From Octopus sinensis (lineage: Eukaryota), in contig NC_042997.1 in assembly GCF_006345805.1 (NCBI RefSeq), positions 171,120,001 to 171,184,000 on the forward strand: a DNA stretch of 64,000 bases, written 5' to 3'. Under the pieces are notes generated by a model. It did no database searches. It saw nothing but the letters and a program-made list of their open reading frames with translations, and was not told where the DNA came from. A program made the translations under genes and the position numbers. This document shows positions 38,463-50,600 of the stretch, piece after piece (the first letter of the stretch is position 1; the number at the start of each line of letters is the position of its first letter).

Positions 38463-39152
38463 AGTGAGAGATTAGCATTATCCATAGGTTTGCAGCAATT
38501 TCTGTTAACTTGAGTTTCGGAGAGAAGACTGACTTTTGAGTCTGTATCACGTCTCTTTCTCTGTAAAACGATTTGGGACGTGGTGATAAGAAACTATTTC
38601 AATCGCGAACACTCTTTCAACTAATGGATATTTCAGCTAGTCGAACTTTCTTTTATGATAAATCATCTGTCCTTTCTAGTACTGAACGACGTGTTAAGTT
38701 AATCATAAACGCTTTGAGGAAATTGGATCTCTAAAGTTCTAGAAGGCGATGATCTAATAATATTCAGTAAAGCAAATAGGAGTTTATTTTTGTCCTATTG
38801 TTTTATCGTTTTGTTTGTTTGCATTAGATATAATTGAAGAGGTAGTTTTCCATATGATTCCATTGTATCGGTCACTTTGTCCATTTGATGGTGGATGGTG
38901 AGGAGTCGTTTTAGGAACATGAACAATATTCCATCAACTTATGAATTCCCTAAATTCAGAGCTTTCAGATTCATTGCTACGGTTAATTTGAACAGAACTT
39001 GGAGCAACAAATAAGGTACAAGTGGGTGCTGAAAAGTTACTATCTGTCTCGAAAGGCCTGATTGGAGGCCTAACCTTCTGAGTTTTTTTAATTCCTTTTT
39101 TTTTTACAAGGGACCACTGCAATAAGTGTGTGAATCTAAGAGGAGAATATGT

Positions 39153-39588
39153 GGATCTTTTCGGTTAGAACGGCAGTTTTTAAAAATAATTTCCACGTAA
39201 CTAAGCACTTTTAAACTTCGTATACTGGTAGAATGTGTTTATAAAACATCTTTTCCTCTTGGCTTTATTGAGAAAATTCTATAGTTTGTAAGATATTTGT
39301 TGTTGTTTTTTCTTCAATTTCTGCAATTTCAACCAATCAATGACCGTCTATTGAGGTGAAAACATTCTGTGCCGTATGAAAATGTCCCTCGTTTAAGAAA
39401 CAGATTGGGTTTATTTACATTTCTGAAGAAAAAAAGATACCCTTCCCCACCCCTAACCCTAACCCTAACCCTAACTAACCCTAACTCTAACCCTAACCCT
39501 AAAATAGATTGATACTAGGGTCATAATTATGGGTGACAATTTCATATGACACCGCTAGAAAAAACTGCCGTTCAAACCGAAAAGATCC
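39153..39588. mobile_element. Complete MITE, 29-bp TIR, 8-bp TSD, Merlin/IS1016-like, with (CCCTAA)n
   Basis: TIR GGATCTTTTCGGTT(A/T)GAACGGCAGTTTTT; TSD GAATATGT at 39145-39152 and 39589-39596; telomere-type repeats about 39451-39502. Confidence 0.88.
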
Positions 39589-39885
39589 GAATATGTTGAA
39601 TAAAACCATAATTAACTGGTTCTCCTGTATTTTCTTTTACCCAAAGCCAGGAACTTTTCAGAATCCCCTCGTAAATAACGACAGGAAGCATTGAATTATA
39701 GCTTGTAAAGTTGTTTTTCTTTAAGGTAATTACGAAATGGTAACGCGTAACTTCACAGGGTACTGCCAAAATATGAGTTACTCATTTTAGCTATTGGTTT
39801 TGGCGACATTGCTTCGAAGGTTTTGTTTACTGAATAAGCTAGGCAGATGTAATTTTGGTCTACCTAAATCCTTTGAATGTGGATG

Positions 39886-40190
39886 TACATGGCCTAGTGG
39901 TTAGCGCAGCGGACTTGCGGTCGAGGAATCGCAGGTTCGAATCTCAGACCGGGCGATGTGTGTGTTTATGAGCGAAACACCTAAGCTCCACGTGGTTCCG
40001 GCAGAAGGTAATGGCGAACTTCTGCTGACTCTTTCGCCACAACTTTCTCTCACTCTTTCCTCCTGCATCTTGCAGCTCACCTGCGATGGACCGGCGTCCT
40101 GTTCAGATGAGGAACCTATACGCCAAGGAAACTGGGAAACCGGCCCTTATGAGCCAGGCATGGCTTGAGAAGGAACAAGCAAAACAACAA
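39886..40190 (+). mobile_element. SINE family C (C3 tail)
   Basis: C-type head plus GCGATGGACCGGCGTCCTG module shared with family E. Confidence 0.85.
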
Positions 40191-40504
40191 ATCCTGTGAA
40201 TATTCAACGTTTTTATGGGTTGTCAACTATATTATTAGTCTTCAGACCAATGCATGCTGCGGACAAACTCAAGCGTTGAGGTTTACCTTTCAATCCAGCC
40301 TGAAGTGACCGAAATTATGATAATGCAGACATTCTCAACAAGGCAAAGTTATGTATTTCACAAACAAGAAACCTTATCTAACGTCTTATTTTAAAGTCTG
40401 GTACTTTTTCCATCGGACAATTTAAACAAATTAACACCAATTGTCAAACAGGGAAGCGGGTACAAAGACGAACACACACACACACACACACACAATCGAA
40501 CATA

Positions 40505-40754
40505 CATAATGTGTTTGACAATCGATGGATGGCGAGTCTCAAGGCATCAGTGGTGAAGCGGGCTCGCGGGCTCGGAGTCGAACCCTCCTCCTCACTCCAT
40601 CCGTAATGTCTTCCGGTCTGAGTTATCATTCGTTTTATATTTGTTTAAAAAATTTTTTAATTCATCTTTGTGTGACTTCATTCGTTAATCTGACTCTTCA
40701 GTCAGATTGTACTGTCCAAATCTATGTTGTACTCCTGGTGGGAAATAAAAAATC
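40505..40754 (+). mobile_element. Tx1-like LINE 3'-UTR fragment
   Basis: Homologous to about 41650-41946 (ATCGATGG, CTCCATCCGTAATGTCTTCC, GTGGGAAATAAA). Confidence 0.7.
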
Positions 40755-40771
40755 TCATTCTTAGCGCATGT

Positions 40772-41946
40772 CTGTCGTGTGAACTTTTTGCCAGTGCTTC
40801 CTGTGTATTTGTTGGATCGTTATATTGTTGCGGTGAGGTGAGGTTGTTTCACGGTTGTTTTTGTTAAAAACTGTTTATTGCTTCGTTGAAGCAGCTTGTT
40901 TTCAATGCCCCAGCGTGGGGGAAATATTGTTGAATTGTGCGGCTTTGAGACAATTCTGTGAGGCATAAGTCCAAATTTTTCTGTGTTCGGCATTTTATCT
41001 TAAATTGCGTTTTGTTAAAAAAAAAAAGAAAAAGAAAAAAAAACACAGAACAGCATGGAGTCTCCACTGAGTTCAAATGACTCACCAGATAGACTAATTA
41101 TGAATATGCCTGTTATTGTAATAGGTGAAAAGCAGGAATCACCGGCGTTGTCGCCAAAAAGGTTCGCTGAGGTTGCGGGAAGAAAGGAAACTCTGATAAA
41201 CACTGAGAAAAGTAACCTGCAAAGATACATGTCAATGCTAAATAAGGAGGGGACCGAAATTCAAGTGGCTCCTCCGGAAGAAACAACAGACCAAATCAAC
41301 AGGAGAAAAATTGTGTATAAAACATACAATATAGCGGGAAAAGGGTATACGAAACCGAGGAGAAAATAGTGGAGAAATGTCTCAGACCTATTTGGTCTGA
41401 TATCAAATATATTAACTGTGGTAAAAAGATTCGGAACGGTTTAAGTCGGAGGAAGTAGCCAGGTGGTACTCCTCGGAGACCCTAAGAACGGAGGAGGTGG
41501 TACTTCTTCCTGTATATATGGGAAGAAGAACGTCAAAGGTGAAAGGGTTAAAGTCAGGCACTTTCATCTCTGGCCCTGAATTAGTTAATTACTTGACCTT
41601 TCATTTTAAAAGGAAAATAGGACTAAAAAAATGCCTGTCAAAATGTTCGAAAATCGATGGAAGAACGTAGCACGGATGTTGCGTGTGAATGTAACCTCTT
41701 GAATGCGACATAGGACGTACCTCAGGTATCAGTGGCGAGGCGGTGCTCGTGGGGTTCGAATTAAACCCGTCTCCCCACTCCATCCGTAATGTCTTCCATT
41801 TTGTTCTATCATTCGATTTCTTTATATTTTCTTATTTTGTGAATTTTTGACCTCATATTTATATTATAACCATTCGTTCATCTGACACCAAATCAGATTG
41901 TGTTGTCCCTTTCTATGTTATCCCCTTGTGGGGAAATAAAAATTAT
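40772..41946 (+). mobile_element. Internally deleted Tx1-like LINE (5'UTR and ORF1 start fused to ORF2 C-terminus and 3'UTR)
   Basis: ORF1-like MESPLSSND... from 41055, frameshifting into EKCLRPIWSDIKYI / FKSEEVARWYSSETLRTEEVVLLPVYMGRR; then GLKSGTFISGPELVNYLTFHFKRK...FENRWKNVARM*, matching the ORF2 end of 44583-45790. Confidence 0.7.
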
Positions 41947-41964
41947 TCATTCTTAGTGCAAGTT

Positions 41965-43096
41965 TTGAAGAGTATAGTTCTATTTTAACAGTTATTTTTT
42001 CAAAGCTATAATGGAAGTGACAAAGGAGCATATTCGCCATATTGTGCTTTCTGAGTTCAATAAAGGCAACAACACAACAGAGAGCGCGAGGAACATTAAT
42101 GCAGCACATAGGGATCGGATAATAAGCATAAGCCAGCGTCAACGGTGGTTCCAAAAATCCGAGCCAGAAACTACAGCCTAGAAGATGATCCTCGTTCTGG
42201 AATATCTGTAGAGCTCGACGAAGACGTCCTCCAAACCCTGGTGGAGCAAAATTCCATCGTAACTGTTGAGGAACTTGCGGAGAAGCTTGGATTTGGTCAT
42301 TTAATCATTCAGCTACACCTGCGCACCATCAGAAAAGTCAGCAAATTGGGTCAATTGGTTCCTCACAAACTTACCGAGTCTAATCGCGTGCAGAAAGTGA
42401 ATGTGTGCTCTTCTTATCTTCTTATGACCTCTCACGAATGAACCTTTTTTTTGGACAGAATAATGATTGGTGACGAGAAATGGGTTCTCTATAAAAATGT
42501 CAAGCGCTGAAGACAGCGGGTAGGGAAAAGAGAAACACCGGAACCCCAGGCTAAAAGTCTTCACCCACGTAAGGTGTTGTTATCTGTTTGGTGAGATATG
42601 AAAGGTTTAGTCCACTTTGAACTTTTAAACCCAAGCCAAACGATAACAAAGGAGATCTATTGGGAGCAGCTTGAGCGGCTTAAGTCAGCGCTGGAAGAAA
42701 AACGACTATGGTTGCTTTCAAGACGAAAGGTGTTCCTTCATCAGGATAATACTCAGCCACACACAGCGAGGATGGCATTCCAAAGGCTGGAGCAGTTTGA
42801 ATATTCGCCGGACATTGCCCCATCTGATTGTAATTTATTCCGCAGTCTTCAAAATCATTTGGGCAGAAAAAATATGAATTCTGTAGACGAGGTGAGAACA
42901 GTATTGGAGGAGCATTTTTTCGTCACGGGCAAGTAACTTTTGGAAGAGGAGCCTTGCTAGTTTAGCAGATAGAAGGAATAGAATTGTAGAAAATGAAGAA
43001 GAGTATATTTTAGATTAAAAAAGAACTTTGTTTATCTTAATTCTGAAAAATTAAAGAGGAATAAAGAAACCGCATTATTCATGGGATGACCCAATA
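41965..43096 (+). pseudogene. Mariner (DD34D) transposase pseudogene with right TIR
   Basis: ATG at 42011; LEDDPRSG, LVPHKL, IGDEKWVLY, QDNTQPH, YSPDIAPSD; stops and frameshifts; right end CATGGGATGACCCAATA; left TIR absent. Confidence 0.93.
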
Positions 43097-43583
43097 GGTG
43101 TGTGTATATATATATGTGTGTGTGTGTGTTGTGTGTGTGTGTATACAGTATGTATGTATGTATGTATGTATGTATGTATGTATATACATAAAAGCCTCTT
43201 TCGATTTTGATATACAAAATTTACGATCTTTTGATATTTGTTTAAGAAAACTGACAGTCATAAAGAGATTTCCCATATTGTTGTGCCAATGAATATAATT
43301 TTATTCGTTCACTGAGTTTATTTTTATGTTACTAGTAAATTTCGATGCGATGAAAATTTTTGCTCCTGAATAATATTGTTACACTATCTTCAGCTTCCTA
43401 TTTTCAAATTTCAGGCCATTCTATTTCGTCGTAGTAACCAGTTGTTGTATCTCCCAGACTTTAATGGAAATAAATCAGTGTTTATCATTCTCATCTGGAT
43501 TCATGACTATAAGACATGTTTCAAATAGGTAATAGAATATCTTTTAACGTAGAACAATCGATTCTTATTCATGATACAGTTTA

Positions 43584-44385
43584 ATACAGTGACATCTGGA
43601 GTATGAAAATTGTAATCTGTAATTTCAAGAAGTCAATATCTAACCAAAGACGAATTATACGCTCCGGAAACTGTTGACGAACATAAGTCACTTCGTCCAG
43701 TTTTTATAAGTAGTGAGCAAGTGTGTGCACAGGACTCTCGTGATCTCACATGATTCTATTGTATGTTACTCTTTTATCAATGTAAGACATTTAAGGTGGC
43801 GAGCTGATAGAAACGTTAGCACGCCGGGCGAAATGCGTAGCCGTACTTCGTCTGCCGCTACGTTCTGAGTTCAAATTCCGCCGAGGTCGACTTTGCCTTT
43901 CATCCTTTCGGCGTCGATAAATTAAGTACCAGTTACGCACTGGGGTCGATGTAATCGACTTAATCCGTTTGTCTGTCCTTGTTTGTCCTCTCTGTGTTTA
44001 GCCCCTTGTGGGTAGTAAAGAAATAGGTATTTCGTCTGCCGCTACGTTCTGAGTTCAAATTCCACCGAGGTCGACTTTGCCTTTCATCCTTTCGGGGTCG
44101 ATAAATTAAGTACCAGTTACGTCCTGGGGTCGATGTAATCGACTTAATGCCTTTGTCTGTCCTTGTTTGTCCCCTCTGTGTTTAGCCCCTTGTGGGTAGT
44201 AAAGAAATAGAAATAGGTATTTCGTCTGCCGTTACATTCTGAGTTCGAATTCCGCCGAGATCGACTTTGCCTTTCGTCCTTTCGGAGTCGATAAAATAAG
44301 TACCAGTTGAGTACTGTGGTCAATGTAATCGACTACCCCACACCCACGAATTTCGGGCCTCGTGCCTTTAGTAGAATGGATTATT
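43584..44385 (+). mobile_element. 209-bp unique extension plus trimeric SINE-A/A/A'
   Basis: Extension 43584-43792; head 43793; junctions at about 44026 and 44217. Confidence 0.88.
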
Positions 44386-44582
44386 GTTGCTTAAGGAAAG
44401 AAGTGCAGCAGCCATAACCTTCGCAAAGTCTCCAAGATTGGCAAGAAGTGGAGGAAAGAAAGCACTACATATGAATTGGTGCAGTTCGAAGAAACACATA
44501 AGGAAATATATACGTTACCATAAGGCTTGCTCTGACCAAACCTCAACATATCCTTCCTACTATTTAAATAAGCAAGCGATAA

Positions 44583-45790
44583 CTTATTAATAATAATAAT
44601 CTTTTCTTTACTGGCCACAGGGACGAACACAGAACAAAAAGTACAATACAAAAACATAGTACAAGTAGGGCTTAACACAAAAAAATGTGTAAACAAAATA
44701 ATTAACAAAACGGGAAGTTCATCCCAGGGGCAACCAAGGAACCTTACACATTCTGGTTACCCTGATCTCCAAGGGCCATCTTCGTCACATTTATCTACCT
44801 TTCAACAAAAATACTGGAGGGTGGGACAGCACTTCCCTCTCCACTGTCCCTTTTCTTTTTAAGTGGAACTCGAAAATGTCGATGAGAGCTTGGCTGAAGA
44901 GGAAATATCTTTCTTCAGTCCTTTCAACCTCCTTCACCACACTACCTCTTTCACCGTAGCCATCAAACAGATGAAGACTGTATGCTCCACTCAGCCAAAA
45001 GAAGGCGGCGGGGCGATCTTCGCGTGGGATTCGGCCGATAACCAGATCCACCCTACACGTGTCAACAGCTGTTCGACAAAGCACCATATGTCAGCAATTC
45101 CCGGATACTGGACAAATGCCTGCAAAGCAGTTTCATCGCACTGCGCGCATCTCGGACAGGTTCGTCTAATAGTACTTCCGTGCCTGTAGAGCTTATCCCG
45201 AACTGGCAGAACACTTCAGTAGCATTGCCCATAGATTTCTGGAGATTATCCATAGGCCTCAGTCCAAAAGTCCTCCAGTAAAGACCAGCTAATTGATCTC
45301 CCTCGGTGCCCAGAGTTTTCCCCGAGGACGTCGTAACTGTTGCGCACTATTAATCCCTATAGAGCTCCAGTGTGGAACTTGCACCGGCTGTATTTATTTC
45401 TTTACTACCCACAAGGGGCTAAACATAGAGGGGATAAACAAGGACAGACACACGGATTAAATCGATTACATCGACCCCAGTGCGTAACTGGTACTTATTT
45501 AATCGACCCCGAAAGGATGAAAGGCAAAGTCGACTTCGGTGGAATTTGAACTCAGAATGTAACGGCAGACGAAATACGGCTATGCATTTCGCCCGGCGTG
45601 CTAACGTTTCTGCCAGCTCGCCGCCTTCTTTGCACCGACTGTATTACCCGACTGGCAGAAGACTGAAAGCAGCTGCCGATACTCCAAGTGTCAAGCGCTC
45701 TTCCTGGATCTATGTTTGATCCAAAACTATGTAGTTCCGTCAATGAGACGTGCTGCGGAAACCCGAACTTTAACATTCTGACCTTTACAC
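44583..45790 (-). mobile_element. Tx1-like LINE 3' portion with intact 3' end and (ATT)n tail
   Basis: CPRCAQCDET zinc-finger region, ALIDIFEFHLKRK, VEREVLS; tail at 44583-44600. Confidence 0.82.
45395..45629 (-). mobile_element. SINE-A with 16-bp TSD inside the LINE
   Basis: TTGCACCG(G/A)CTGTATT at 45379-45394 and 45630-45645. Confidence 0.92.
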
Positions 45791-46329
45791 TCAACCCAAA
45801 TGCTAACCTAGATCAGATCATTTAGCTGCGTAAGACTAAGGACACTGCGGTAGTAACACCGACTCAAGTAACACCGACTCAACAAAAAAATGATACTGTA
45901 CAAGGCAAGGGATTGGCAAAACAAGTAAATATACTAGAAGAAAAGTTTGCTGGATTTTTCGCATCTTGATGCTATCATTTCATGAAGAAACATAACCTAA
46001 GCATGAAAGTAAAAGAAGAAGCTTGAAGAGAATGCAGAATAACTAGGGGAGTTTTTCTCGAATATGTGATCACCGTCAGAAAAGAAACAAAATATGAAGT
46101 ATAACAAGGCAAATAGACGGAACTATCTTAGTCACGTTATAGGGCTCCGGATAAATCATTTCACTGGCCCTACGCATTTAAAAGATTTTGGTGCCCCCTT
46201 TATATATATAATTCAAAATACAAAAAATAGCAAATCATGAAATAGATTTTTATTTTTCAAAATGAAACAAAACTAACAATAAGATGGAAAATAATGTTTA
46301 TTTTGTATATTTCCACTTTATTCATATTT

Positions 46330-46527
46330 ACTCTTTTCTCTTTTACTTGTTTCAGTCATTTGACAGTGGCCATGCTGGAGCATTGCCTTTAGTTGAGCAA
46401 ATCAACCCCCAGGACTTATTCTTTGTAAGCCTAGTACTTATTCTATCGGTTTCTTTTGCCGAACCGCTAAGTTACAGGGACGTAAACACACCAGCATCAG
46501 TTGTCAAATATAGACACACACACACAC

Positions 46528-46584
<57 letters not shown>

Positions 46585-46760
46585 TATATATATACACATA
46601 TACGACGGGCTTCTTTCAGCTTCTGTCTACCAAATCCACTCACAAGGCTTTGGCCGGCCCGAGGCTATAGTAGAAAACGCTTGCCCAAGGTGCCACGCAG
46701 TGGAGCTGAACTCGGAACCATGTGGTTGGTAAACAAGCTACTTCCCACACAGCCACTCCT
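46330..46760 (-). mobile_element. Full-length SINE-B
   Basis: Family match. Confidence 0.88.
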
Positions 46761-46779
46761 ATTTGAAAATTTGTCTACT

Positions 46780-46960
46780 TTTTTGTTTTAATTTGCAAAA
46801 TCTTCGATCAGATCCTCACTATGACACCATGAATACTTCGAAATTATATTTCCGATCATATATACCACTTCGAATATTATCTTAGCAAGTTTAAAGTGAT
46901 TCTTTTGTGCCGTAAACAATTTACCATTTCTGTGGCGCATCCACTGTCCTTGATGCCTTA
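46780..46960 (-). pseudogene. Possible hAT C-terminal dimerisation-domain relic
   Basis: DLIEDFAN*NKK resembles DLIDDFA.KK; weak. Confidence 0.3.
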
Positions 46961-47770
46961 TGCATGTGCTTATTTTGCTCAATGGTTCATCCAATGCTGA
47001 CTGAGCACTATGATATTGAGAGCTGGCCAAAGTATACGTAGATTAGAATTGCTCCCTAAACCCGTGTTCATGCCTTAAGACGGCACTGCAATTAGGCAAT
47101 ATGTAAACTGTAGTTGTAACTTAACGGGTATTAATCGAACACACTAAGTCATTTTCAAGATTTTTTATTTTTCTTTCTTTTTTTCTTTTTCTCTTTTGAG
47201 ATCTTTTCTGCTTGGCTGCACTTGTAAAAATTTTAAAGTTCAGTGAAGATTTTAAAATTTGATATATTGATGTAATTTTCCATGCTGAATCTATACAAAT
47301 AACTTCGTCTTCCATGCCGTAAAATACGGTAACGCATGGTGACCATCATAAATAGAAACTGTATTTTATTGACGTAAGCTAAATGTAACATAGTCAGCTG
47401 TGTGTGACACGCAAGAAAAATTTACACTAAAGAATAGTTTCAGAGAACTCCCTTTTCATGAACACACACACACACACACAATCTCTCTCTCTCTCTTCCT
47501 TTCTTTCTTTCTTTCTTTCTTTTTCTCTCAGTCACGCACATTCTCACACACCCGAATGCACGCGCTCGCACTCTCCGAATATAACGGAGCCTTGAATGTC
47601 ACCAGTCTCTATAGTAGTGCTCCGCAACCTTTTCGCATTTGCTGAACACTTATATTCTTTTCATAATTCGGTGGCACACCTGAACTAAAACTAGAAGTAT
47701 AGGGGGAAAAAATGATATTCAGGTTATACTGTGGAATACTTAGCATCGTCTCGTGGCACATCAGTATGTC

Positions 47771-48212
47771 ATACAGTGACATCTGGAGTATGAAAATTGT
47801 AATCTGTAATTTCAAGAAGTCAATGTCTAACCAAAGACGAATTATACGCTCCGGAAACTGTTGACGAACATAAGTCACTTCGTCCAGTTTTTATAAGTAG
47901 TGAGCAAGTGTGTGCACAGGACTCTCGTGATCTCACATGATTCTATTGTATATTACTCTTTTATCAATGTAAGACATTTAAGGCGGCGAGCTGATAGAAA
48001 CGTTAGCACGCCGGGCGAACTTCTTAGCGGCATTTCGTCTGCCGCCACGTTCTGAGTTCAAATTCCATCGAGGTCGACTTTGCCTTTCATCCTTTCGGGG
48101 TCGATTAAATAAGTACCAGTTACGTACTGGGGTCGATATAATCGACTTAATCCGTGTGTCTGTCGTTGTTTGTCCTCTCTGTGTCTAGCCCCTTGTGGGT
48201 AGTAAAGAAATA
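47771..48212 (+). mobile_element. 209-bp extension plus SINE-A (copy 2)
   Basis: Extension near-identical to 43584-43792; another SINE-A follows at 48281-48507. Confidence 0.9.
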
Positions 48213-49040
48213 GGTTGTAGAGCACTGCTCTATAGTATGCAGAGAAGATTATCGGGTCGCAAAGTAGTCGGAAGCTTGACCGGCGAGCTGGCAGAACCGT
48301 TAGCACGCCGGGCGAAATGCGTAGCCGTATTTCGTCTGCTGTCACGTTCTGAGTTCAAATTCCGCCGAGGTCGACTTTGCCTTTCATCCTTTCGGGGTCG
48401 ATAAATTAAGTACCAGTTTCGCACTGGGGTCGATGTAATCGACTTAATTCGTTTGTCTGTCCTTGTCTGTCCCCTCTATGTTTAGCCCCTTGTGGATAAT
48501 AAAGAAACGAATATCTCGGAAACGCCAGCACAGGTAGTCAGAACAATCTAAATAACCTCCATCCCCATTTCACCCCTACACACCCGACAGTTTAAGTAGT
48601 GAGTATATCCGGGTATGGTGTATTAAATTATGTTCATGTAAAACTATTTTGTTTGAAACCAGATATTTTTTACGAAATAAATATCTATGATAAACCGTCA
48701 AAACCTCACTTTTTCTTTTTCATTCTGCATATACTTTGCTAATTGTAGGGTGCGTCTAATCACTAGTAGCTGCTTAAAAAGAAAGGAATACGGCAATTTA
48801 ATATTTAGTTTCCACAACTATGTGAACGGTACACTCTGTATATTACACTCTGTATATTATAAAGATTATAAATGAAACATTTTCACGAGACAGACAGCGG
48901 TTATTTTTCGTTTTTTTTTTTTTTTTTGATAGTCGGAAGAAAAAAAAAGCGAAACAAAATAATTCACTAGGACACGAGGATAAATAAGATATATATCACC
49001 ATCATCGTCGTCGTCATCAGCATCATCATTTCCCACCACA

Positions 49041-49071
<31 letters not shown>

Positions 49072-49295
49072 CTTCTTCTTCTTCTCTGGTTATCTTATGT
49101 AAACAAAATTCTTTTTTTTTCCTCAACTTCTTAAAAATTCATTCGGACTGTCTTTTTATTTTTTTTTTTTTTGTAAATAAAAAGTTTTAATTATTAATTG
49201 GTAAGACGAGCAGACGACTTGCTAAAAATCACAGCGAAAATCACTCTCAAATAAAACCTTATCTTTGGGAAAAAAAGGACATATAGATTAATGCA

Positions 49296-49669
49296 CACAA
49301 GGGGCTAAACACAGAGAGGACAAACAAGGACAGACAAACGGATTAAGTCGATTATTTCGACTCCAGTGCGTCACTGGTTCTTATTTAATCGACCCCGAAA
49401 GGATGAAAGGCAAAGTTGACCTCGGCCGAATTTGGACTCAGAACGTAGCGGTAGACGAAGTACGGCTACGCATTTCGCCCGGCGTGCTAACGTTTCTATC
49501 AGCTCGCCGCCTTAAATGTCTTACATTGATAAAAGAGTAACATACAATAGAATCATGTGAGATCACGAGAGTCCTGTGCACACACTTGCTCACTACTTAT
49601 AAAAACTGGACGAAGTGACTTATGTTCGTCAACAGTTTCCGGAGCGTATAATTCGTCTTTGGTTAGATA
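49296..49669 (-). mobile_element. 156-bp extension plus SINE-A (copy 3, inverted)
   Basis: Reverse complement of the same unit, 5'-shortened. Confidence 0.9.
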
Positions 49670-49715
49670 GATATCGTAGCTCTGGCTCTTGTATAATTAC
49701 AATTTCTTGGTTCCA

Positions 49716-50026
49716 ATGAGTCGTGAATAAACAGTGGTCAATCACGTGATTGGATTGGTCCGTTGCAGGTGAGCTGCAAGATGCAGGAGGAAAGAGTGAG
49801 AGAAAGTTGTGGCGAAAGAGTCAGCAGAAGTTCGCCATTACCTTCTGCCGAAGCCGCGTGGAGCTTAGGTGTTTCGCTCATAAACACACACATCGCTCGG
49901 TCTGAGATTCGAACCCGCGATCCCCCGACCGCAAGTCCGCTGCTCTAACCACTGGGCCATGTTCCTCCACGATTGGATGGATAGCCTGCGTAAAATCAGG
50001 ATTCGATCGATGTATATACCATCACG
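49716..50026 (-). repeat. Inverted duplicate of 51574-51890 (flank-SINE-C-flank)
   Basis: About 60-bp and 40-bp unique flanks shared around a truncated SINE-C. Confidence 0.9.
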
Positions 50027-50569
50027 TGACCAGGTCATGTGACCACTTGTAAAAAAAAAAAAAAAATTACTTCGTATAAACTATTTTCCCACTATTCAAA
50101 TCTAGTCAGCCGAATGATAAGATATTTCTACTACAAGTGTGAAAATTGAGCAGGATTACAACCAATATTTCGACCAACGAAATTACATTTTCCAGATTAG
50201 TCGAGCTGCTAAAGTTTCCATCTCTTTTGATTTGAATAAAGTCGAACTCGATTTGTAAAACATCATGCAATTAACTGACTTGACCTATAGCTCTAGTTAT
50301 CATTTATCTTCTTTTTGTTTCAGTCATTGGTCTGCTGCCATACTGGGGCACCTCCTTGAAGGTTTATTCAAACAAAGCGACTTCCTACCCTACACACTCC
50401 AGAATACTTATTTACAAAAAAGAAAAAAAAAATAGTTCAGTACTTAATCTTTCGTTTTCTTTTTTTTACAGAACCACTAAATTACGAGGACGTAAACCAA
50501 CACCGGTCGTCAAGCTGTGGCGGGAGACAAACAAGCACAAACACGGATGCCATGTCGTTGAACACAAAG

Positions 50570-50600
<31 letters not shown>

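Noticed and set aside
38203-38550. Poly-Thr/His/Val ORFs
   Set aside because: Trinucleotide microsatellite artefacts.
39451-39502. True telomere or chromosome-fusion scar
   Set aside because: The repeats lie inside a TIR/TSD-bounded element.
41055-41369. 104-aa ORF as a host gene
   Set aside because: Continues by frameshift into LINE ORF1-like sequence and is fused to a LINE 3' end.
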